Virus record (IMG/VR): IMGVR_UViG_3300029305_003192
DNA from: a virus
Taxonomy: Duplodnaviria > Caudoviricetes
DNA length: 64,000 nucleotides
Reading direction: 5' to 3' (one strand)
Numbering within the stretch: position 1 is the stretch's first letter; each line of letters begins with the position of its first letter. The notes beneath the pieces were generated by a model that saw only the letters and a list, made by a program, of their open reading frames with translations, made no database searches and was not told where the DNA came from. The translations under genes were made by a program, and so were the position numbers. This document shows positions 17,626 through 28,639 of this stretch, piece by piece.

Positions 17626-18369
17626 TTATACAAATAACCTTACGAGTGGTAAGATTATATTGACGTAGTTAAAGCTTATGTCTAAATCTGGAATGTCTAT
17701 CTCAGATATGTTATCATATAGATACGATTCACCATCAAATGAAACATGAAACTGAGATGATGAATTGAATTCTCTATAATAGTCGAACTCTAACTCGCGT
17801 TTCTTGTATGCGAGTACAAGCTCACTGAGATATTTATTCATTACGGACTTATCACCATTTGCGGATATTGCAGTATCTACCACATCCTTTATCAGGTGAA
17901 GTATTCCGTTCTGATGCAATGATGCTTGCTTCTGAAGACCTTTAACATCTACACCATTATCGGTGATATAAAACTCAAAGTTTCCTATCATTAAGAATGA
18001 GTGGTATATACCTTTCGGTCGGAATGTTATTGGACCAAATGACGTCTTCGTTGGGGTCTTCGATATTATGAAACAAGCGTCCTTCTTGATAGTTAAGACA
18101 TCGAGGTCGATATCAAGATTATTGGATTTGATAAACATCATCATGATTTCATCAAATCCGTTCTCAAGCTTTGTCGCAAGTTCTTTGTCACGTTGCATGA
18201 GAAGACCTACAGTTACTTTACGTTTATCTGGTGGCATACTACGAATCTGCTCAATAGACTTAGGTGGGAGTAGTTCATAGTACTCAAGCAGTGATACATT
18301 AGCTTGCTTTATATCGTATTCCACGATGGTACTGTTGAGTACCATCGTGGTTGTAGGTGCCATATTCAT
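17626..18369 (-). CDS. Family B DNA polymerase palm-like protein (short or split subunit)
   Basis: EYDIKQAN (motif A-like), IKKDA (motif C-like) and VDVKGL, all in 247 aa. Confidence 0.5.
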   Translation of the reverse strand: MNMAPTTTMVLNSTIVEYDIKQANVSLLEYYELLPPKSIEQIRSMPPDKRKVTVGLLMQRDKELATKLENGFDEIMMMFIKSNNLDIDLDVLTIKKDACFIISKTPTKTSFGPITFRPKGIYHSFLMIGNFEFYITDNGVDVKGLQKQASLHQNGILHLIKDVVDTAISANGDKSVMNKYLSELVLAYKKRELEFDYYREFNSSSQFHVSFDGESYLYDNISEIDIPDLDISFNYVNIILPLVRLFV

Positions 18370-19163
18370 TAGAAGTACTTAGTTGTGTAATCATTGATTG
18401 CACACTTCTCATAGAACTTCTTAGCGAATGCGATGAGCTTCTTACGAGCACTCTTGGATACGGCTCCACGCTTCAGGCAGTTGCAGAGAATATCATCTGA
18501 TACCTCATCGATGTCAGAGCCTCTCTTATTGGATTCAAGCTCTTCTGCAAGCTTTCTTCTCTTCTGACGCAGCTTCTTGAGCTTCTTCTCACGCTCATGA
18601 ATGTCATCATCATCGAAGATATCATACTCGCCATACTCAAGGTCGTCGACAAGCTTGTCGATTTTCTTATCGAGTCTCTTGAGTTCATTAGCGATATTAT
18701 CGTGAATATCACCATCAATGTATTTGTGAGCCTTGGTGAACATCACGCATACTGGGCCGTCCTCTTCTTCGAGCTTGAAGTAAGAGTTCATCTTTCTGAT
18801 AAGAATCTTAGCACAGTGCTTGTACGCCTTCTTACCCATAACGATGAATACGTTCTTATTAACAGGCTCTTTGGTAATTTCCTTACCTTCAGATACCTGC
18901 ATGAAAGCGATTGTTGCAATCGCTTTCTTTGCTTCGTTACATTCGAGCCAGCCCTTGATTTTCTTATCCTTGATATTTTCGGATACACCCTTCTCAGTAA
19001 GGATTGCTGGGGGCTCGAGAATCTGGAATGAATCCGAAGCACTTACTGCTCCGAGATTTGAGATTTTGTCATTATCAGTGGTATTGATTACCACGTAGCG
19101 ACCCTTCTTACAGAGTCTGCTGATATTATGAAGGAAATCCTTCTCACTAATTACTACTATCAT
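18369..19163 (-). CDS. Hypothetical protein with coiled coil
   Basis: 264 aa; SD AAGGAGG; coupled to neighbours. Confidence 0.8.
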   Translation of the reverse strand: MIVVISEKDFLHNISRLCKKGRYVVINTTDNDKISNLGAVSASDSFQILEPPAILTEKGVSENIKDKKIKGWLECNEAKKAIATIAFMQVSEGKEITKEPVNKNVFIVMGKKAYKHCAKILIRKMNSYFKLEEEDGPVCVMFTKAHKYIDGDIHDNIANELKRLDKKIDKLVDDLEYGEYDIFDDDDIHEREKKLKKLRQKRRKLAEELESNKRGSDIDEVSDDILCNCLKRGAVSKSARKKLIAFAKKFYEKCAINDYTTKYF

Positions 19164-20289
19164 TTATATCCTCCTTTGGTATGAAGAGGGGCTGATCCTC
19201 TGTTGGTTTTGTTATCTTGGCATCTTCCAATGCTGTGTGGAAAGCCGAGAATTCTTCAAAGGTTAACAGCGGTACACTTTCAGTACTCATTCTAACCTTA
19301 GGAATGTCTGGCTCGTCGCTAGTGTCAGTGCTGGACGGTAATTCGTTAAATACTGACATATCTTGAGGAGTATTGAGAAATACCTCTTCGGCTGCAGCAC
19401 GATCGGCAATTTTCTTCTTGAGTTCCTCGGACTCTTCTTTGGAGATGAACTCCATCTCACCAGTGTCTTCACCAGTGATTTTGATATACGTGATGTTTTC
19501 AGTGCCCTGATCATCAGCACTGACAACTTCAACTACCGCCTCATCATTATAATCATCAACGTCTTGATGCATCTGATTGAGGATTTCAAATGTCAAGTAC
19601 GGCATCGCACATGACTTGTTACTACAACGATAAGCTGTGAAGTCTGCATTTGGTTCTATCCATGAACCGCACATATCACATCTCAGAGCCTCCTCGTTAC
19701 CACTTATCTTATATAAGTAAGCATAATCGATGAAGACCAACTTATCGTTATCTCTCTTACCAATATTACAATAGTTCTTAGGTGTGGTACCTAAGTCCTG
19801 CATAACGTATCTTGCAGAGAGATAATTAAGCATATCTCTTATCTCACCTTTACGACTTTCGAACTCTTCGAGTGAGATGAGATTACAATATTCTGCTACA
19901 GCTATAAGACGGTTAGTCTCATACACCTTCGCAAACATATCAGGTTCTTCAATGGAACGTAGATATTCCGAAAGGTTATCAACGCATCCTCTCTTATCCA
20001 TCGCAATCTTATAGACATAGTTATTCTTAAGAAATACGATACGGTTTGAACCAACACCTACTTCAGTAAATCCAAGAGGTGTCAGCTTTGCATTGATAAG
20101 GTCAGCTATATGATTAACATTTGACTGACCATTAATGTTAAAGTCACCGTTGACGCATTTGTACAAGAACTCTTTGAGTTCATTATCAAAGTACTCTGCA
20201 ATTCTTGATCCTTTGCGAGAACCACCTTTCATCTTTTCGAGAATCGGGTTCTCATGAAACTTTAACTCATCTAATGGATTAAGTTTCAT
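19147..20289 (-). CDS. Protein kinase-like protein with C-terminal Zn ribbon
   Basis: GVGSNRIVF Gly loop, VYKIA Lys, N.SE, QDL....N.G catalytic loop, FIDYAY (DFG-like), then CxxC...CxxxxC. Confidence 0.7.
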   Translation of the reverse strand: MKLNPLDELKFHENPILEKMKGGSRKGSRIAEYFDNELKEFLYKCVNGDFNINGQSNVNHIADLINAKLTPLGFTEVGVGSNRIVFLKNNYVYKIAMDKRGCVDNLSEYLRSIEEPDMFAKVYETNRLIAVAEYCNLISLEEFESRKGEIRDMLNYLSARYVMQDLGTTPKNYCNIGKRDNDKLVFIDYAYLYKISGNEEALRCDMCGSWIEPNADFTAYRCSNKSCAMPYLTFEILNQMHQDVDDYNDEAVVEVVSADDQGTENITYIKITGEDTGEMEFISKEESEELKKKIADRAAAEEVFLNTPQDMSVFNELPSSTDTSDEPDIPKVRMSTESVPLLTFEEFSAFHTALEDAKITKPTEDQPLFIPKEDINDSSN

Positions 20290-20292
20290 AGT

Positions 20293-21351
20293 TTACCTCC
20301 TTTTGATGATATCATCGAAAATCTTTCCGTCGATATCAGAAGCTACTCCAGATGAAGCTCTGGATAATGAATGTGCTAAACTTCTCAGCTGGTCACGTGT
20401 CTCTGATAAGCTTCCTTCATATTTCTTCCAACGCTTCTTCTGCTTCTTCAATTCCTTCTTGCTCTTGGTTGAGATACCGAGTTCTCGAGCAACGAAGTTT
20501 GCATATGATGCATCCTTACCACGAAGCTTCTTAAGACGCTTACGAACACCGCGCTCGAATCCATTCTCAACGAAGACTCTGCTCCAGTCGAGAATATCTG
20601 ATGCCTTTCGATTACTAAGTAACCTCTGATCGGACCATACATAAGATTCAGTATTCGAAACGGTTTCCCATCCATCGTCCTTGTCATTATTCATCATGTC
20701 ATAGTACTCTGCAAGCTCTGCTATGGACATCTTGCTAGCGTCAATATCATCGATATTCTGCATACCGAATCCTTCCTGACTAGCAAAGTATTGTGCAACG
20801 ATGTCGTAACTAGCTGCACTATTTGTATCATTACCGATACGCTCATGTCTGTCTTTGGATGAGAATCCTCTCTCCTGAATCTTGAGAGCTCTCTTTCGGA
20901 ACTTCTTTCGAGCCAGCTCAGCTTCAACCTCATTATCATCTCTCGATGTTGAGAATTGTGCATCTGAGAGGTCCCTGAGTTCCAAAGGCTCCAGGGGTTT
21001 AATAAACGTACCCATCTCGATAGGTACGTTACCGGATTTCATTATCGCGACATTCTTCTTGCTCATCTTCAGCTTTGGTCTGTCACGATAACCAGGTGGA
21101 TACTCTCCGTTATGCTCTTCAGCATACATCATAATCATGTCCAATCCACCATAGTAGTCAATTATCTGTCCGATGTACTTGTCGTAAATGTACACTGCGT
21201 CCAGATACTTGTTAAAGTCCTTCGGAGACTTCTGCAAGTTAACGATTGCATAATACGCCTCCGGAATATCCGTATCAATACTCTCGTACCAATACGGGTC
21301 TTCATCGAACTCGTTTGTTAAAATGGTATTACACCACTTTGGCAATTCCAT
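20293..21351 (-). CDS. Hypothetical protein
   Basis: Start at 21351 after GCAGAAAGGAGGAG; early-type promoter at 21397. Confidence 0.8.
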   Translation of the reverse strand: MELPKWCNTILTNEFDEDPYWYESIDTDIPEAYYAIVNLQKSPKDFNKYLDAVYIYDKYIGQIIDYYGGLDMIMMYAEEHNGEYPPGYRDRPKLKMSKKNVAIMKSGNVPIEMGTFIKPLEPLELRDLSDAQFSTSRDDNEVEAELARKKFRKRALKIQERGFSSKDRHERIGNDTNSAASYDIVAQYFASQEGFGMQNIDDIDASKMSIAELAEYYDMMNNDKDDGWETVSNTESYVWSDQRLLSNRKASDILDWSRVFVENGFERGVRKRLKKLRGKDASYANFVARELGISTKSKKELKKQKKRWKKYEGSLSETRDQLRSLAHSLSRASSGVASDIDGKIFDDIIKRR

Positions 21352-21471
21352 AATTACTCCTCCTTTCTGCATTATGGATGGCTTAATGCCGTTCGTATTA
21401 TATATACTTCACGGCACAAGCGGCATAAAACGAGTAAGACCCGAAAGTCTTACTCGTTTATAAATACCATA

Positions 21472-22104
21472 TTAGTTTTGTAAGTGAGCTGAGCGTTCCC
21501 TCTTTACAGAGCATCCGCCCTGTTCAAGCTTCTCAACAAGTGCAGAGAGCTTATGTTCCACAATACGGAGATTAGCAATCTCATCTTCGTAGTCCTTGAT
21601 AGTCTTACTGTAGTCAGTAATATGAAAACCCTTACCGACGTATCCACTGAGTACCTGATCGATTTCATCGTAGTCGATAATTGGTCCATAACTATTCTTG
21701 ATAATCATGGATGTCGTATGAATACCATTAGCAAGTGTATAAGCCGTACTACTGAGTCGCTTTATCTCGGCAAGCTCATTACTAGTAGAACGAGATATGA
21801 GCAACTCAGCATCTGCGAACACATTGTATGTATCTACAAGAAATGGATAGAACACCTTTGCTACTTCACCAGCAGACGGAACCTTATCCTTCCATTTGTT
21901 AACGAAAGCCTTTGCAACGGATGCGGTGAATTTAAAGCTATCCATGCTATTATAGAAATCCTTCTCGAGGTCAATATCATCTTTCAGTCTCTGACCGACA
22001 TTAAGTACGTCTGCCAGTGTTGTCTGACCGGAATATGCCATCTGAGAGAGAATCTCCAAGTTAGTCCCAAGTTGAGCAATCAGTTCGATGACCTGATTAG
22101 CCAT
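21472..22104 (-). CDS. Hypothetical protein
   Basis: 210 aa; SD AAGGAGG; terminator at ~21428-21459. Confidence 0.8.
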   Translation of the reverse strand: MANQVIELIAQLGTNLEILSQMAYSGQTTLADVLNVGQRLKDDIDLEKDFYNSMDSFKFTASVAKAFVNKWKDKVPSAGEVAKVFYPFLVDTYNVFADAELLISRSTSNELAEIKRLSSTAYTLANGIHTTSMIIKNSYGPIIDYDEIDQVLSGYVGKGFHITDYSKTIKDYEDEIANLRIVEHKLSALVEKLEQGGCSVKRERSAHLQN

Positions 22105-22165
22105 GTTTATCCCTCCTTTAGTAAAATATAATCGGTAAGCGAGATAACCCGCTTACCGATTATGA

Positions 22166-22642
22166 TTATTCTTCCTCGTCATCATCGTCTTCGTAACGTT
22201 CTTTTTCATAATCGTTATATACGTGACGTACGTAAAAATCTTCGAAGCTGAGGACTCTACCCTGCAGTAACTTTGCTAGGTACATAGTAATTCCATCATT
22301 GATTTCGTTCAATGATTCTTCATCACGTATGTCCTCCTCATCGACAGATATCAGAATATAGTTCTTACTCTGAGTCCGGATTTCGATATTATGAGAAATC
22401 AGAAGTATGATTCCATTGACCGGTTCTATGAGGTCCGAGCGACAGATGACAGCTACAACCTTTTTACCATCAATCATGTCAAACCTATCGCTTGAGTTGA
22501 TAGGGAAGAACTTGTTGATGTTCCTAAGGATGTCGCATAACGTCAGTCCGTTCTGGTCCAAATTCATATATACGATCTGAATATCGCTTACTGACTCAGG
22601 AAAAAATGTCTTGATAAATGCTTTCTTATCATTCATGCACAT
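22166..22642 (-). CDS. Hypothetical protein
   Basis: 158 aa; SD GAAAGGA; acidic tail. Confidence 0.8.
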   Translation of the reverse strand: MCMNDKKAFIKTFFPESVSDIQIVYMNLDQNGLTLCDILRNINKFFPINSSDRFDMIDGKKVVAVICRSDLIEPVNGIILLISHNIEIRTQSKNYILISVDEEDIRDEESLNEINDGITMYLAKLLQGRVLSFEDFYVRHVYNDYEKERYEDDDDEEE

Positions 22643-22703
22643 AACATCCTTTCGAGGTTGTGAATTTTTAAATCATTATTCTCTTCCTCTAGAATATTAT
22701 CAG

Positions 22704-23093
22704 TTAGCCGGAGAATTTCAAATTATCGAACTGGTGCGTATCGGCACTGCCTTTGCACATGATGAAGTATTTACCCTTCTTCAGTTTATATTCCTTGATA
22801 GTTGTATATCCAAGCTTCCTATAGAGGTTAATCGCGGGCTTATTGTCAACCTTCACGAATAGATAGATACCTTTCCCGGGGAATCTCTTCTTCACATCAG
22901 AATGCATCACACCCATTAGATTGGTTGCAAGCCCTTGACCTCTATATGCTGGATGGGTTTCAACGTCAGATACAAGAATCCAATCGAAGTTCTCTCGGCT
23001 ATAATCATGTATCTTCAGTGATGATATAGTCATACCATCTTTATTCTGGAAGAGGTATGTATTATCATACTGCTTGAGTTTATACTCTAACAT
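22704..23093 (-). CDS. GNAT family N-acetyltransferase
   Basis: VETHPAYRGQGLAT (motif A) and N..AINLYRKLGY (motif B). Confidence 0.9.
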   Translation of the reverse strand: MLEYKLKQYDNTYLFQNKDGMTISSLKIHDYSRENFDWILVSDVETHPAYRGQGLATNLMGVMHSDVKKRFPGKGIYLFVKVDNKPAINLYRKLGYTTIKEYKLKKGKYFIMCKGSADTHQFDNLKFSG

Positions 23094-23095
23094 AA

Positions 23096-23908
23096 TTACT
23101 CACCTGATTCGACGGCCTCTGGTTCGACTTTAGCCTTTGCGGCTTTCTTCATTTGCTTTTCAGCCTTTTCCTTCTCTTTTTCCTCCTTGGCCATAGTACC
23201 ACGGTTGGTAGAGATAGTTTCAAGCCATTCCTCTTTTACTTCCGGTAACGGTGTACCTTCGTTGATATTAAGGTAAACAAACTCTGGATTCGCAGCCTCA
23301 GACTGTAAGTCACCACACTGCATCGAGAGCTGAACCTTGAGAGCCAGCTTCTTCTGAATGTGCTCAGCTTTAGTTTCAATAATGTACTGATAGTGCTCAT
23401 AAAGCTTCGCATAGTCGAAAAAGATATGCTGTAAAGGAATGAATACTTTATGACTGTCCACCAATTCATGCTGGGTTTTACTAAGCGGGATGAGACCCAC
23501 AAGCCCAGCATAGTGCAGTTCCATGACACTTTCTGCAATATCGAGCGTATTAAGGGGTTCATTTTGCTCCTCTCTCCTCAGAATCTCCAGGTCTACGATA
23601 TCATAGAGTGGAAATGGTTCATGATGGATTTCGACTGAATATTTCTTGCCCTCACCTTTTGTTACCGCGGGCAAGATGGCACAATGTACCATGTTGTACT
23701 CGTTCTTGAGAAGTGCGATATAATCTTTATACTCAGTAGAAGCTCTGATATAACGCTCGCACTGCTTGATAAGCTTATCTCTCTCACGATTGTTTCTTAT
23801 AAGGTGTACGGTTCTTTCGGGCATCTCATCAACGGTAACGTTGATGGTTTTCGTCTTTCTCTTTGGTACCCTGTCCGCACTAATATTTCTCATTGATATA
23901 ACACTCAT
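23096..23908 (-). CDS. HNH-like protein, paralog of 10930..11568
   Basis: C..VEIHHEPFPLYD ... ELHY ... LSKTQHE. Confidence 0.6.
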   Translation of the reverse strand: MSVISMRNISADRVPKRKTKTINVTVDEMPERTVHLIRNNRERDKLIKQCERYIRASTEYKDYIALLKNEYNMVHCAILPAVTKGEGKKYSVEIHHEPFPLYDIVDLEILRREEQNEPLNTLDIAESVMELHYAGLVGLIPLSKTQHELVDSHKVFIPLQHIFFDYAKLYEHYQYIIETKAEHIQKKLALKVQLSMQCGDLQSEAANPEFVYLNINEGTPLPEVKEEWLETISTNRGTMAKEEKEKEKAEKQMKKAAKAKVEPEAVESGE

Positions 23909-24156
23909 TTTGCTGAAGTCTCCTCATCAATGATAGCCAGAAGCCTAGCCTCGTATGCTTCGACACATTTGCATATCTGACCATAGGCTTCTGTCGTATC
24001 ATGAATTTCTTCCGTTAATGTCCTATACATAGATGAACCGCGTTCATATTTAGCTTTTGCCTTTTCAAGCATAGTAATAGTGGATGAGTACTCAATCTTT
24101 AGTCGTCTATAACAGTTGAGACTGTTTGTGACGGATTCACGTGATGCATCTATCAT
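23905..24156 (-). CDS. Hypothetical protein
   Basis: 83 aa; SD GAGG; coupled to the next gene. Confidence 0.7.
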   Translation of the reverse strand: MIDASRESVTNSLNCYRRLKIEYSSTITMLEKAKAKYERGSSMYRTLTEEIHDTTEAYGQICKCVEAYEARLLAIIDEETSAK

Positions 24157-24192
24157 AATCTTTACCTCATAATTATTAGTAGTGAATAACGG

Positions 24193-25644
24193 TTAGAAAA
24201 GGTCGTTGATATCGTCCTTAGTGATAAGCGTCAGATCACTTTCATCAGGAACGATTGGAATATGCTCTGGTGGAATCTCTGGTTCATCAACACCTTCAAT
24301 CTTATCGAGATATGCGACGAACAGATGATACTGTCTGAATCTGAAATGATTCTTCTTTTCATCATAATCACGTTTAGTCGTATTGAAGAGTGTAATCTTG
24401 ATGGAATCTTCCGGTTCTACCTCATCTGCAGGTGGGTCGGTAGATACATACAGTTCATTAGATTCGAAAAGAATCCTGTTGAACTTACCCTGGTAGTCAT
24501 GATAACCAAAGTCGATTTCATCCCAGCCAATTTCAATCTTATCGATAGTTTCAACCAGTGTTTCGGTGGACTCATATCCTTCATAATATGTATCGGTCGC
24601 ATACCCGAAGAAGAAGAGCCTGAATGGGATTTCATCATGTTTAACAGTACGTGTGATGGTGGAAGTACCTGGCTGAATCTCGATTGTGGTATACTGCCAG
24701 TGGTCATAGTTGGGGCTCTCTGGAAGGTCAGGTCTATCTACTGGGAGGTAGAACTTATGAACTTCCTCACCATCTTCCAGACTAGGGAGCTCTACCTTTT
24801 CGTAGTCCGTGAAGAAAATAGATGGACAGAAATACTTAGTACCAATAACTGGGTCAAAGTCGTGGGTTGGGGCTACTGTATCATCCTCCATAAACACGTA
24901 TCTATATGTCATTGGTGTTGACAGTGGATACTGCTTATAGCATGTCATAAAGTCCTCAAAGCTGTGGAAGCCATATGCGATGATAGAGTTAGCATAGTCC
25001 TTGAGTTCTGGGTCAGTGATAAGTGTAAGGAATCCTTCATTATCAATACATGGGCTATATGGCACGTATACATAATCGAGAAGCTTCTTCTGGAACATCT
25101 CGAGAATACGGTCCCTAGTAATATTGAATGATGTGAAGAGATATCCCTTATCATTCCAGCGGACATAAATATCGTGTGTATTATTAGTGTCAGTGCCTGG
25201 AGCACATTCATCGCAGAGTACCTCGCATGTCTTACAACCGCAATTACAGCTACCGTAATAGTCATATGCAATGAATCCATTAGGGAATGTGAATGTGGCA
25301 GTATTACCATCACCACGGATAATAGCAAGCTCGTTGAGATTGTTTACTGGGAGCTCATAATATCCAGGATAGAGAATCTTAACGATACTCTTGATAGGTG
25401 TAAGATCAGTTACCAGACGATGGATATCTGATACATAATTAGCATTTAATGAAATCGGAACCAGGAATATATTTGCGAATTTAACCTTGGAGGCTATTTC
25501 ATATACATCGTCATATGCACCAGGGAAAGTAATAAAGACAAACAATGATGAGGACGCTGGGTCGCTCAACATTGGAATTGCGGTATAACCACCCTCCGGA
25601 TCAGGAGGCTGAAATATACCTGTTAAAGCGAGTAATGGTATCAT
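24193..25644 (-). CDS. Hypothetical late (probably virion) protein
   Basis: 483 aa; SD GAAAGGAG; AACA-N6-TA at 25672-25683, back-to-back with the promoter of the divergent gene. Confidence 0.75.
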   Translation of the reverse strand: MIPLLALTGIFQPPDPEGGYTAIPMLSDPASSSLFVFITFPGAYDDVYEIASKVKFANIFLVPISLNANYVSDIHRLVTDLTPIKSIVKILYPGYYELPVNNLNELAIIRGDGNTATFTFPNGFIAYDYYGSCNCGCKTCEVLCDECAPGTDTNNTHDIYVRWNDKGYLFTSFNITRDRILEMFQKKLLDYVYVPYSPCIDNEGFLTLITDPELKDYANSIIAYGFHSFEDFMTCYKQYPLSTPMTYRYVFMEDDTVAPTHDFDPVIGTKYFCPSIFFTDYEKVELPSLEDGEEVHKFYLPVDRPDLPESPNYDHWQYTTIEIQPGTSTITRTVKHDEIPFRLFFFGYATDTYYEGYESTETLVETIDKIEIGWDEIDFGYHDYQGKFNRILFESNELYVSTDPPADEVEPEDSIKITLFNTTKRDYDEKKNHFRFRQYHLFVAYLDKIEGVDEPEIPPEHIPIVPDESDLTLITKDDINDLF

Positions 25645-25754
25645 TATCGTTATCTCCTTTCACAAGGTAATTATAAGGGTGTTTCTGGTTCAGCTTGATA
25701 AGAACAATGCCGGAAACAGTTCGATAACCTAATTGAAAGGTGGTGTGACTACAA

Positions 25755-28625
25755 ATGGCTAGTACCGAAATATCCGGTAGAATATTTCAAAAGAGTCTTA
25801 TGGAAATGATTCATGGACTTGCTTGGAAGAATGGTTACTTAGCTAAGAAAGAAGAGGCTAAATGTGATAGAATCTATACTGATAGGTACGAATCTGCTGC
25901 CAGAAAACTTCTTCAATATTATTCGGTGTCTGACCTTAAGAAGATTGCCGATTGTAATGAAACCCGATTCAATAATTTATTGAATGAACTGAAGCCTGAA
26001 CTTGCACATCTCCGTGATTATCTCATTACATTCTGGTCGTATGAGGAGCCCAACGCATATTACCGTATGTTATATGGTAAACCACCGTTGGATTTTGAGC
26101 CGAAATACGGCGTGTATGTGCAGCGTGATAATCCATGGGGATTGGATCATAGAGTCCCTGTCCATGATGCACCATTCAACATTTTAGTCTTGGTTGAAAA
26201 TGCTGGGGTATTGGATTATTATAAGAACCTGATTGAGCAGGATAAGACATTTCTATATGTAACTCATATGACACATAGAAAGATTTATCCATTCGTAGCC
26301 AGACTTGCTCAGGACTTCGATCTTTTATATGTACCAGAAGCAGAAATAAGCGTATTATCACGTGATTTCCGAGAAACATATCAGATGTGTCGCGATTTCA
26401 TTGTGATTAGATATTACTCTGAGGCATACTACAACCGGTATGAATATTATGAAGGTATGGTAGGTATGTCAATACTCTTTCAGACCATTCAGCAGATGCA
26501 CGTTAAATATCTCGAAGCCGATATTACCAGAGACTTCTATGATCTCGACTCGATTAAAATCGTATATGAGGCATATTCGGTACCGTTCTTTGAGAATATA
26601 CCAATCTTCTATCACCAGAAAATTATTAAGGCGATGAACCGCCTGCTTATGTATAAAGGCGGAAACCAGGTATTCTTTGACCTCTGTGCATTGTTCGATT
26701 TTGAATCCTTAGATGTATTCAAATACTACCTATGTAAGACAAATGCACAATATGATGAAAATGGTCGACCTATAATCGTCCCTACTCCAAGTGGCAATAT
26801 CGATTACGAGCAAACATATAAGGTCTTCTTTGCTAAGGGACTTTTGGACGGTGATCCATTTCTCGATATCACTAATGAAAACAATCATCTTGACTATTGG
26901 CCAGTTACGGCAGCGGATCCATATTGGATTAACGATGAAGACCTCATACAAAAAATTTACCGTACGGATTACAACTATACTGAGACCAAATATATCGGTC
27001 TTCAGATGGTATTCAGTATGACAAAGTTTATGTTCGAGAGCTGTTACTTCATGCAGATGCTTGCACATAACAGACGAACGGTTTCCTATATACGCGTATC
27101 GCATGGCAAACTTGGGGCTGAAATTGACCTGTTTACACTGGTCGTTTATATTCATGCCATTATATATAGACGGCTTGGATACGTCGGTAATATCCCCAGA
27201 ACACTTGAGCAGCGTGGTCGAGTGATGGGATTTAACTTTAAAGACGACCTTAGGCATGTAATTGAGGACCTTCGATACCATGAAAGTGAATTTCATAAAT
27301 ATCATTCATCATCCAGTACAGATATTAAGGTACATGGTCCAAATGTGCAGGTTAACAACGATAATATCGTTGAGGGCACAGCACGTATCAGTGACGACGG
27401 GTTTATTACGTTCACTCCTAATAAACCGGTAGATGGTGTGCATCCTAGCAGTGGTAAGGTCTATGTTGATACGGAAAAGCACAAATCGTATATATGGGAC
27501 ATAACCCTCGACAATCCAAGATATGTGGAATATATCGTGGATAATAAACATCATGAAGATTTAGATGGAGATGACCATAAATATAATGTCGGATCAAATA
27601 TTTATGATGACCTGATGATGATTAGAGACACTTGTGATGTATCCAACTTACTTGACATCCTTGAGAATATGTATATTACAAACGACAGTTCATGTGTTAA
27701 AGTATATAATAACATCAAAGAATTGTATCAGCTTCTTGAGGATAGAATTCTGAGATGTAAAGACCCCGATACATATTTCGCATATAAGCATCTTTACAAA
27801 CTGCTCCTTACAACCGAAGAAACTGCGGACATATTCCTTAAATCGGACGGTACCGTAGCGGATAACATAATCGAACTTCTCGAAGACTTGAACCCATCAT
27901 TATCTGTCAGAATATCCATGATGACGGATACACAATTGGTACAAGAATTACAATACTCACTTGCTGCACTTGAAAAGATAGGTGCCGAACTTAAGTATAT
28001 CCAGAGTTATGGTGGTATGCATGGTAAGATTATCAGTGAATATCTCTATCAGCTCATCAGGGTATTTAAATCCGCTAAGGTTGACCTTGTGGATTTTAGA
28101 GCCATCTATGTTATAGATGGCCGTATGACTAACTTGATTAAGTTCATGGTGAAGTTAAAGCTTCAATCAATGGAGCGAGATTTACCTAACGGCTCCACCA
28201 TCGACCTTATCGACGACGTCCGTCTAAGAATGATTGGCGGATGTAATCGTGAGAATAAGTATGACTTATTCATCGCTAGAAATTCAGTTACTGGTAATTC
28301 TGAGTATAGGTCTCATACATGTACGGGACTTATGTCTAGACCACAGTGTGCTAATTGCACCGAGAAAAATAAGAAATGTGGGTGCGTAGTTCGAGAACCA
28401 TTTATGTTCGAGAATAAATTTGACATGCTCTTCAGATTAAGTCGATATGTCGAAGATGATTTCGCTGAAGACTTCAAAGATATTATCATCAACAGAACGT
28501 TCGTCAGACGTCACGCAATCGCTAATGACAAACTACCACTTATTGATGATATCAATCTCGCTATTAGGGATTCTATCATTAAAGATACAAACATGTTTGT
28601 AGATAAGTTAATCAAACTTGAATGA
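25755..28625 (+). CDS. Large virion structural protein, probable baseplate wedge/tail component
   Basis: 956 aa; late promoter at 25715. YEEPNAYYRMLYG and NRLLMYKGG...LF resemble jumbo-phage baseplate wedge proteins (recognition only). Confidence 0.6.
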   Translation: MASTEISGRIFQKSLMEMIHGLAWKNGYLAKKEEAKCDRIYTDRYESAARKLLQYYSVSDLKKIADCNETRFNNLLNELKPELAHLRDYLITFWSYEEPNAYYRMLYGKPPLDFEPKYGVYVQRDNPWGLDHRVPVHDAPFNILVLVENAGVLDYYKNLIEQDKTFLYVTHMTHRKIYPFVARLAQDFDLLYVPEAEISVLSRDFRETYQMCRDFIVIRYYSEAYYNRYEYYEGMVGMSILFQTIQQMHVKYLEADITRDFYDLDSIKIVYEAYSVPFFENIPIFYHQKIIKAMNRLLMYKGGNQVFFDLCALFDFESLDVFKYYLCKTNAQYDENGRPIIVPTPSGNIDYEQTYKVFFAKGLLDGDPFLDITNENNHLDYWPVTAADPYWINDEDLIQKIYRTDYNYTETKYIGLQMVFSMTKFMFESCYFMQMLAHNRRTVSYIRVSHGKLGAEIDLFTLVVYIHAIIYRRLGYVGNIPRTLEQRGRVMGFNFKDDLRHVIEDLRYHESEFHKYHSSSSTDIKVHGPNVQVNNDNIVEGTARISDDGFITFTPNKPVDGVHPSSGKVYVDTEKHKSYIWDITLDNPRYVEYIVDNKHHEDLDGDDHKYNVGSNIYDDLMMIRDTCDVSNLLDILENMYITNDSSCVKVYNNIKELYQLLEDRILRCKDPDTYFAYKHLYKLLLTTEETADIFLKSDGTVADNIIELLEDLNPSLSVRISMMTDTQLVQELQYSLAALEKIGAELKYIQSYGGMHGKIISEYLYQLIRVFKSAKVDLVDFRAIYVIDGRMTNLIKFMVKLKLQSMERDLPNGSTIDLIDDVRLRMIGGCNRENKYDLFIARNSVTGNSEYRSHTCTGLMSRPQCANCTEKNKKCGCVVREPFMFENKFDMLFRLSRYVEDDFAEDFKDIIINRTFVRRHAIANDKLPLIDDINLAIRDSIIKDTNMFVDKLIKLE

Positions 28626-28639
28626 AAGGAATGATTATA

